A DNA stretch of 64,000 nt from Paraspadella gotoi (taxonomy: Eukaryota > Animalia > Chaetognatha). Below the pieces are notes generated by a model. The model made no database searches. It worked only from the letters and a program-made list of their open reading frames with translations, and was not told where the DNA came from. Within the stretch, counting starts at the first letter, position 1; the number at the start of each line of letters is the position of its first letter. The stretch lies in the NCBI GenBank assembly GCA_051294375.1, contig CM119271.1, positions 2,494,677-2,558,676 of the forward strand, read 5' to 3'. A program made the position numbers and the translations under genes. Positions 56,225 to 64,000 of the stretch are shown here, one piece after another.

Positions 56225-57555
56225 GTGAGGTCGATGGAGGAAGGGTGAGGTAAGACGGACATCAGATAACTTGTTTTATCGATCCCTGTTTTTTTTTTAA
56301 TAACAAATTTTTTTTTTTTTTTTTTAAATGCAGGCAATATCACGTGTACACAGCTTGCTGTGTCCATATACCTCTATATGTCCGGCAATAACAAAAACGT
56401 ATTAACATAATTGAAAGACAGTAATGCTATAACAGTAACAGTAACGCAGTAATATAACGCAGTAATAGTACGCTACATAACAGCATTAAAAGACTAGAAC
56501 ACAGTAAAAAATACAACCTAGATGATCACGAAAAATATAACAAAACCACAACATCAAACACGTAACACTACTAAAATGTTCGTAAACAAAATATAAAATC
56601 AAAATCTGAAACAAAAATGACGTTTAGAAACAAACGCCAATTATTCATAATTGTTTTTTTTTTTAATACCAAAACAGCATTAACTCAATCATAAAATATA
56701 ATCTGAAAAAAATTTCACGCTCGTCCACATCGCGTTAATACGATAAACATCATCTCACTCAGTTCGGCAATAAGTGCTTCTAGATCTCTTTGAAAGATAG
56801 GATAGATAGTTGGCTTTAAATAGTACATGCAGTCGAGTTTAAACTTATCAAAATATGATTATTTTGGCCATCCGTTAATGTTACTATAATTTCCGTGCCA
56901 ACACTTTTAAACGCTCGTTACGATCACGACAATATGCAAATGAGATTAAAGCTTTATTTTTTTCCTCTCTCTCTCTCCCCCCACTCCAACCGGACCCCCC
57001 CTTCTCCGGACTCGAAATAATTCATTCGCCATCTCGAGCCTCAGCCCTACAATTAGTCACGTGACCCCCAGCTCCGCCTCACATTTTCTCTACACGAAGT
57101 TCGTAATCCCCGAGTTTCCGTTAAAACCGATGACTCAGCGTTTATTTTTTTTTGATGATTTGATTCCTCGGCCCTTCGTTCTCGTCATTTGCACGAAGGA
57201 TTCCGGCGGACGAATTCGTAACCGAGTTGCATAAAATGTAACTTAGTTATCTACGGCTTTTGCCTTTGAGAATTTTTTTTTATTATTGTTAGGGAGTGAG
57301 AAAAACGAAAAAAATAGTTTATATCCCAGGCGTTTGTTTATATTAAGGAAGCGACCTTAGACGGAATATATCATTATTATCGTACGATTTGATGGGATAC
57401 ATTGTTTTGATTGTATTATTGTCGTAACGAATCAACTCCTTTTTCGCTACGAAAACATGAGAAAGGACGACGACGACGACAACAACAACATAACTACAAA
57501 AATTCGACGTCAAACAACAACGACGACAGCTACATGAAGACAACAACAATCATTC

Positions 57556-58107
57556 TGTGGGAGATGTATTAAAAAACATTGTTGAGCACTTAGCTCTAAC
57601 CTAATTTGTACCTTGTAGATTCACTGGCGAAGCCATTCACTCTCAAAAATAAGAATCAATCCAAATCACAAGATTTAATAAAATAATCAGAGCAGAGCAA
57701 CAAGAGTGAGCTATTGAGAAATAAAGAGAGCAGAGAGAGAGCTACAGATAGAGCTCAAAGCTGTACAAAAATAATAATTTCAATGATTAGAATTCATTTC
57801 AAAGAGTTACAAATATTCATCATGTTACCTAATGTTTCCTGGCAATCTCCTAAAAAGTTTAACATCTACTTGCCCTTTATACTTCTTTAAATTTAAATAG
57901 ACCAATTAAAAACGACTTTCGACTTTTGAGAATACTAACCAATAATTGATCAGAAAGGTCTCGTCCAATCAGATTTAAGAACTAAATATCAACCAATGAA
58001 ATCATAGAATAGAGGACGAGTTGAGAATTAAGCTAGTAACGTTATTGGTATTCCATATAAACTGAATATTAATTTCGAAATCAATAAATATTATAAACTA
58101 TTTAACA
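57556..58107 (-). mobile_element. Solo-LTR-like insertion (552 bp) in an Unc5 intron
   Basis: Absent from the duplicate copy (63647-63660). Termini TGT...ACA. Short flanking duplication (TTC, or CATTCT if the ends are shifted). Four CCAAT boxes at 57902, 57939, 57965 and 57993 upstream of a minus-strand TATAAAG at 57881-57875. Confidence 0.7.
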
Positions 58108-58354
58108 TTCTATTCGCGGAAATTACAACAACGAAAACAACAATTTAAAAACAATGACATGAAACAAGAAACGACAACGACAAAACCTACTACGGGACGA
58201 CCAAAACATTAAATTTAAAATACGTACATAACACCGGAATTTTAAAACTACCAACCACTACGCACAAAAAAAAAACCCGCCACTTGGTAACCTCTCTCCG
58301 CCAACCTGACCTCACCACAACTCCCCACTCCCTTTATCTTTCCACAACCATCAG

Positions 58355-58462
58355 GTCTTCTTGGTTGAAGAACGAGAAACTCCTCGACGTGAAGAATCTC
58401 GTCGGTCACATCATCACAACGAGGGAATCTGATCATCAGTCAGGCACAGTTGTCCGACACGG
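58355..58462 (+). CDS. unc-5: Unc5 exon, Ig2 core
   Basis: VFWLKNEKLLDVKNLVGHIITNEGNLIISQAQLSDT(G) after small indels, matching UNC5 V.WLKNE...NLII.QARLSDT.NY. Confidence 0.9.
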
Positions 58463-58782
58463 GTGAGCCAAGTCACTGTGGGAGAGTGAGTGGGGAAGAA
58501 AGGAAGAGTCGGAATGTTTTTTTCGCGCCGAAGAGAGAAAGAAAAAGAGTGGATGTAATTTAAACGGGTTCTTATGGAGAGGGAAGAGTAAAGAGTTGAT
58601 AGAGAGAGAGAGAGATGAAAGAGAGCGAGAAGAGAGAGAGAGAGAAGAGAGAGAGAGAGGCAGCGAAAAAACAAAGGCTATATATATATCCAATTCGAGC
58701 GAGTTGAAGAGAGAGAGAGAATCTGTGGAAATTACGGTAAATGATAGCAATGAGTTGAGAGAGAGAGAGAGGAGAGAGAGAG

Positions 58783-58852
<70 letters not shown>

Positions 58853-59348
58853 GGATCTCACGCGGGCGAACGCCATAATTAATCAGCGCGTTGATTCTCC
58901 TCACGGGTCGCTTTAATTCCCCACCTGGACGATGTTCAATTGTTTTATACTGTTTTGTTCTTTTTTTTGTTTTTTTAATTGTTTCGTGGTGTGATTTAAC
59001 AATCGAGAAATTCGTGATGTAATAAACTGGGAAAAACAAAGAACTCACCGACTAATTCGAGAGTCAAGAATAATAATGAAATGATTAACTCAAAACGTTC
59101 GAAAATAGATCATGAAAATAAAAACGAAAATAAAATTTATAAACCAATCAACAATGTCGCATAAGGCATTTGAACAACAACCTGTAAAATAGCGAGAATT
59201 ACCAAAACATTACTTATGTTGCTAATATCTCTCTGTTATAACTAAACTGATTTATTTTTAACCTTACAATCCAACTTCCTTATTAACTCACCTCACTTCC
59301 TACCAATCTCTCAACCTATCCCCCCACACAAACCACTCCCTCCCAAAG

Positions 59349-59550
59349 CAACTAAACTTGCGGCGCCCAAAAACATCGTGAGCGGCGTCATTCCGCGCCG
59401 GCGTCGCTCAAAGTCTTCGTCAAACGGCGGATGTCCGTTGGTCGAAATGGTCAAAGTGTTCCAGTCAATGCGGACCCGGTCTCAGAGCGGACGAGGTCTG
59501 CACGCAGCCGGCGCCGATCAACGCGGAAGCTTCCCGGACCGGCTCTGCAG
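59349..59550 (+). CDS. unc-5: Unc5 exon, end of Ig2 and first thrombospondin type-1 repeat (several indels)
   Basis: Frame-hopping translation N(Y)TCGAQNIV.RRHSAPASLKVFVNGG(W)S.WSKWSKCSSQCGPG.Q.RTR.CTQPAPIN.GSF.PGPALQ, matching UNC5 NYTC.A.NIVA.R.S..A.V.VYVNGGWS.W..WS.C...CG.G.QKR.R.CT.PAPLNGG..C.G. Confidence 0.85.
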
Positions 59551-60211
59551 GTGTGTGTGTGTAAGAGGAGGGGGGGGAGAGGATGGAGTAGGCGGTTGGG
59601 GTAGAGAAGGGAAATTAAATGATAACAGGGTGTATAAGAATGTTAAATTAAATAATATACTAAGGTAAGTCACTTCTAATTAACTAAGATTGATTTTCAA
59701 TGATTGTGTAAAGTTACTGAGTGATTGGAAAGAGAAAGAATAAAAGAATGAAGAAAGAAATAAAGAAACAAAGAAGAAAAAAAGCAAAAGGAAAGAAAAG
59801 TACAAAAAAAAGAAAAGAAAAAGACAGGTTGACAAAAAAGCAAATATTAGAAACCGATTTAAGTTAAATAGAAAGAAAAGAATCCAAAATTATCGTAGAA
59901 AAGTAAGTGAGCGTCGGAGTAAGAAAAAAAAGCATCAAAGTTATAAAAAAAAAATCAACACAAGAAAGCATCAAGAAAGCAAGAAAGCAACTCTCCCTCC
60001 CCACGTCGCCCCCCGTTCTCCTCGAGGGTTCCAATATCCCGCAGTACGGACCGTGACGCAAAACAAACTTGGACGTAGAGGCGCGAGTTTCCCTCCAGCC
60101 GATCTCTTTTTTTTTTAAGGTTTTTTCTTTCTTCATTTTTTTTCTCCTTTTATTTCCGTTAAAGGGGGAAGAGGGGAAATTGGACATTTGCGGGACCCTT
60201 TCCAGCTGTGT

Positions 60212-60259
<48 letters not shown>

Positions 60260-61089
60260 AGTGAAAAGATCCGAAGGGGAAAATTGGACGGAAAATGGAA
60301 TTTCTTCTTTTTTTTTCTTTTCTTTTTTTTCGTGCATCGAGAATAAAGAGAAAAAGTTTCCGTCTCGGTTACGCCCTCTCTCTCTCTCATCTCCTCCTCT
60401 CTCTCTCTCTCTCTCTCTCTTCTTCTTTCTCTCTCCTCTTTCTCTCTCCTTCATTCAAATTCTCGTGACGGGAAAATTCCGGTCTATTTTTTTTTTGCAG
60501 AGAATCGAGGCGAGAATTTTTATTTGCACCGCGGGATGATTGATTGACTGATTGATTGATTGATGATTGACTAAATTATTTTAGATTATTGATTGGCTTG
60601 AAAGTGTTTGACTGAACTTATTTGCTGGATTAATTGACTGAGAGAATCTTTTGCCAAAGCATCGCGTAAACAGATTGATCGAATTCTTCTGTCGAAATTG
60701 CGCGATTGTACTGGTTAAAAAAACCCAACTGCTTCGCCTTTTTTGACTGAACCAACTGAACCAAGCAATGAGATAAACTGTTGGTTGAGGTAAACAGTTG
60801 CAATTTCCGCCAGATTTTCTTTCAATTGGCTGAACTCTTCTTTTTTTCCACTTAATTGGCAAAAGCCGGCGCGACTCTTTCCAGACGATAGGCAAAATTC
60901 CTTCTTTTTCCTTTTCATTAACTTAAAAAAAAACACACACACAAAAAAAAAACAGTTTCTTGTTTCCACGAGAGATTCGACGCCACACTGTCTTTTCGAA
61001 GGTGGGCGATTGTAAACAAACTGAGGAGATGCTCTCTCTCTCAAAATGTCAGTAAGTCACTACATCGTCTCTCTCTCTCTCTCTCCTCT

Positions 61090-61155
<66 letters not shown>

Positions 61156-61265
61156 GTGGAGACGTATTTTGGCATCGAAGGTTACACTTGCCGAATGCGT
61201 CGCTTATTCCAAGCCGGACAAACTCGGAGCGAAAGGCCAAAGTCCGAACCGCCTTTTTGAAAGAA
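61156..61265 (+). CDS. unc-5: Second copy of the Unc5 Ig1-end exon
   Basis: Near-identical to 55062-55164 with different indels. Confidence 0.8.
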
Positions 61266-62294
61266 GTAAGGCAAGAAGAGCAAGAGGTAAAAGGTGGGTG
61301 AGGTAGAGAAGGCAAAGAGGCAGAGGAAGAACAAATAACGCACTATTTCCAAAGCTTCGATTCTGTTTAGAATCTCTTACCTTAATTTATTTTAAAAAAA
61401 TATATTAACGTAATTTTAATTCAATGTTTAGAATAATTATAACCCAAATACAATTGTGTTAAACTTTTTTCATTGTGTATGTATTAGATTAATAACGCTG
61501 ATGAAGCCGAAACATGTCCGTTTTTTCTTTTAAAATCTAGTTGAAAACTATCTGTTGAAATTCGTTTAAAACTTTTCACTAACTCAAATACCTAACTTTA
61601 ACCTTACTTTTAAACTTTTTTTTAAACCAAAACTTATCTTTTTAACCATATCTAAACCCTTACCCCGAACCTCAATTCTTGACCCAATTCCGTAACAAAA
61701 TTCTCTAACTAAATCTACAAACTTAATTCCTTAACTTATCTTTTATCCTAATTATTAAATTATTTAATTATAAATTTAATTTAAAATCGGACTCTTTTAG
61801 AAAATAAGGATGAAATGTCTTGAGACGTTGAATGCGAAATGTTGATTTTGGCGGCAAGAATTTTTTTTTTGGCCGTCGGATGGAAACGGCATTCCTTGGC
61901 ATTCCTTGGCATTCCTTGGCATTCCTCTCGGCATTCTGATATATTATGCCGATCGTTTTTTATTGCGACTGTGATCTTGCAGTTGTAGCAATTTAGAAAT
62001 TGGCAAGATGTAAATTAATTTTTCGTCATTCTGGCCATTAAGACCGTTTAAGCCCATATTTGACCGCATATATACTAATGAGTTCATTAATTGTATTCTT
62101 ATCGTAATTTTATATTCCTCCAGCGATATTGATCCCCCCCATTATAAAGTTAAGCTCGTAAGCCAAAAATCTACTTAATCGTATGTTATGATTTTCCAAA
62201 GAGAAATTCTCTGAAAAAAAACTATAGAATGTTTAATCATTTTCATTAATTATTTGAAATTAAACACTTTCGCCCATTAGGTCCCTCTCTTCAG

Positions 62295-62391
62295 CGCTTC
62301 GAAACGCGAGCTGATCGCCACATCGGGTGTGAGGAACATCATTCCGTGGCAGCTTCGTGCGCTTCCCCCACAAGGGCTTCCACTTCCAGAG
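62295..62391 (+). CDS. unc-5: Second copy of the Unc5 Ig2-start exon
   Basis: Near-identical to 56135-56224. Confidence 0.75.
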
Positions 62392-63915
62392 GTGAGGTCG
62401 ATGGAGGAAGGGTGAGGTAACGACGGACATCAGATAACATAAATTCAAAGACAGTAATGCTATAACAGTCATTAACGCAGTAATAGTAACTCGTAATAGT
62501 AACGCTACCAATAACAGCATAAAAGACTAGAACACAGTAAAAAATACGACCTAGACTGATCACGAAAAATATAACAAAACCACTAACATCAAAACACATA
62601 ACACTACTAAAATGTTCATAAAAAAATATAAAATCAAAAATCTAAAACAAATTCAAAACAAAAATGAACGTTTTAGAAACAAACGCAATTTATTAATAAT
62701 TTTTTTTTTACACCAGAAAACAGCATTAACACAATCAAAAACATTATACAGAAAAAAAAATAATTTTCACTCGTCCCACATCGCGTTTAAATACGATAAA
62801 CATCATCTCACTCAGTTCGGCAATAAGCGCTTCTAGAACTCTTTGAAAGATAGGATAGCTAGTTGGCTTTAAATAGTACATGCAGTCGAGTTAAAATTAT
62901 CAAAAATATGATTATTTGGACCAAACGTTAAATTGTTACTATAATTTCCGTGCCAACACTTTTAAACGCTCGGTTACGACACGACAATATGCAAATGAGA
63001 TAAAGCTTATTTTTCTTCTTCTTTTCTCTCTCCCCCCCTCGACTCCAATCCGCCCCCCCCTTTCTCCCGGACTCGAAATAATTCATTCGCCATCCTCGAG
63101 CCCCTCAGCCCTACAATTTAGTCACGTGACCCCCCACGCTCCCCCTCTCTCTTCGCGCCTCCACATTTTCTCTTTACAACGAAGTTCGTAATCCCCGAGT
63201 TTCCGTTAAAACGATGATCTCGCGCGTTTTATTTTTTTTGATGATTGATTCCTCGGCCCTTCGTTCTCGTCATTTGCACGAAGGATTCCGGCGGACGATA
63301 ATTTCGTAACCGAGTTGCATAAAATGTAACTTAGTTTATCTACGGCTTTTGCCTTTGGAGATTTTTTTTTTATTATTGTTAGGGAGTGAGAGAAAACGAA
63401 AAAATAGTTTATATCCCAGGCGTTTGTTTATATTAAAGGGAAAGCGACCTTAGACGGAATTATATCATTTATTATCGTACGATGATGGGATACATTGTTT
63501 TGATTGTATTTATTGTCGGAACGAATCAACTCCTTTTTCGCTAGGAAAACATTAGAAAGGACGACGACGACGACAACAACAACATAACTACAAAAAATTC
63601 GACGTCGAACAACAACGACGACAGCTACATGGAAGACAACAACAATCATTCTATTCGCGGAAATTAACAATAACGAAAACAACAATTTATTTTTAAATGA
63701 CATGAAAACAAGAAACGACAACGACAAACGACAAACGAGGACGACGACAAACATTAAATTTAAAATACGTACATAACAAGGAATTTTAAAACTACCAACC
63801 ACTACGCACAAAAAAAAAACCGCCACTTGGTAACCTCTCTCCGCCAACCTGATCACATTTAACCCACGACCTCTCCACAACTCCCCACTCCCTTTTATCT
63901 TTCCACAACCATCAG

Positions 63916-64000
63916 GTCTTTTGGTTGAAGAACGAGAAACTCCTCGACGTGAAGAATCTCGTCGGTCACATCATCACAAACGAAGGGAATCTAATCATCA
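63916..64000 (+). CDS. unc-5: Second copy of the Unc5 Ig2-core exon, truncated by the window end
   Basis: Intact frame VFWLKNEKLLDVKNLVGHIITNEGNLII after CAG|. Confidence 0.88.

Larger units (their letters stand above)
54394..64000 (+). repeat. Direct duplication of about 54.4-58.44 kb at about 60.45-64.0 kb (three Unc5 exons plus introns)
   Basis: Introns and exons align co-linearly with mainly 1-2 nt indels. The first copy starts immediately after the 25-N gap at 54342-54366. Confidence 0.95.

Noticed and set aside
55062-59550. Calling Unc5 a pseudogene because of frameshifts
   Set aside because: Indels mostly differ between the two copies and fall in homopolymers, while the consensus protein is well conserved; sequencing error is the simpler explanation.

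Overview
This is eukaryotic DNA, most likely from an arthropod (inferred from the CAAA-ATG Kozak context, short GT-AG introns and protein families), in a gappy draft assembly rich in (GA/CT)n microsatellites. There is no sign of prokaryotic systems, CRISPR arrays, rRNA or tRNA. The first 7.5 kb is gene-dense: a possible first exon on the minus strand, a complete 7-exon DUF1647-like membrane-protein gene (661-2449) and a complete 8-exon eIF4A DEAD-box helicase gene (3785-6685) with one GC-AG intron. From about 30 kb to the end lies the 5' half of an Unc5 netrin-receptor gene (N-terminal exons, Ig1, Ig2, first TSP1 repeat), several exons carrying indels that look like uncorrected long-read errors. 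Four multi-hundred-bp to multi-kb blocks occur twice, each next to a gap of exactly 25 N, which points to gap-filling or haplotype artefacts. Comparing the two copies exposes presence/absence insertions: a 552-bp solo-LTR-like element with CCAAT boxes and a TATA box, and a 1.6-kb TIR/TSD element. Also seen are a MITE-like family with telomere-like internal repeats and Penelope-type minimal hammerhead ribozyme remnants. I could not support a wholly new biological system. The best leads are the hammerhead, solo-LTR and MITE observations and the unusually long Unc5 N-terminus.
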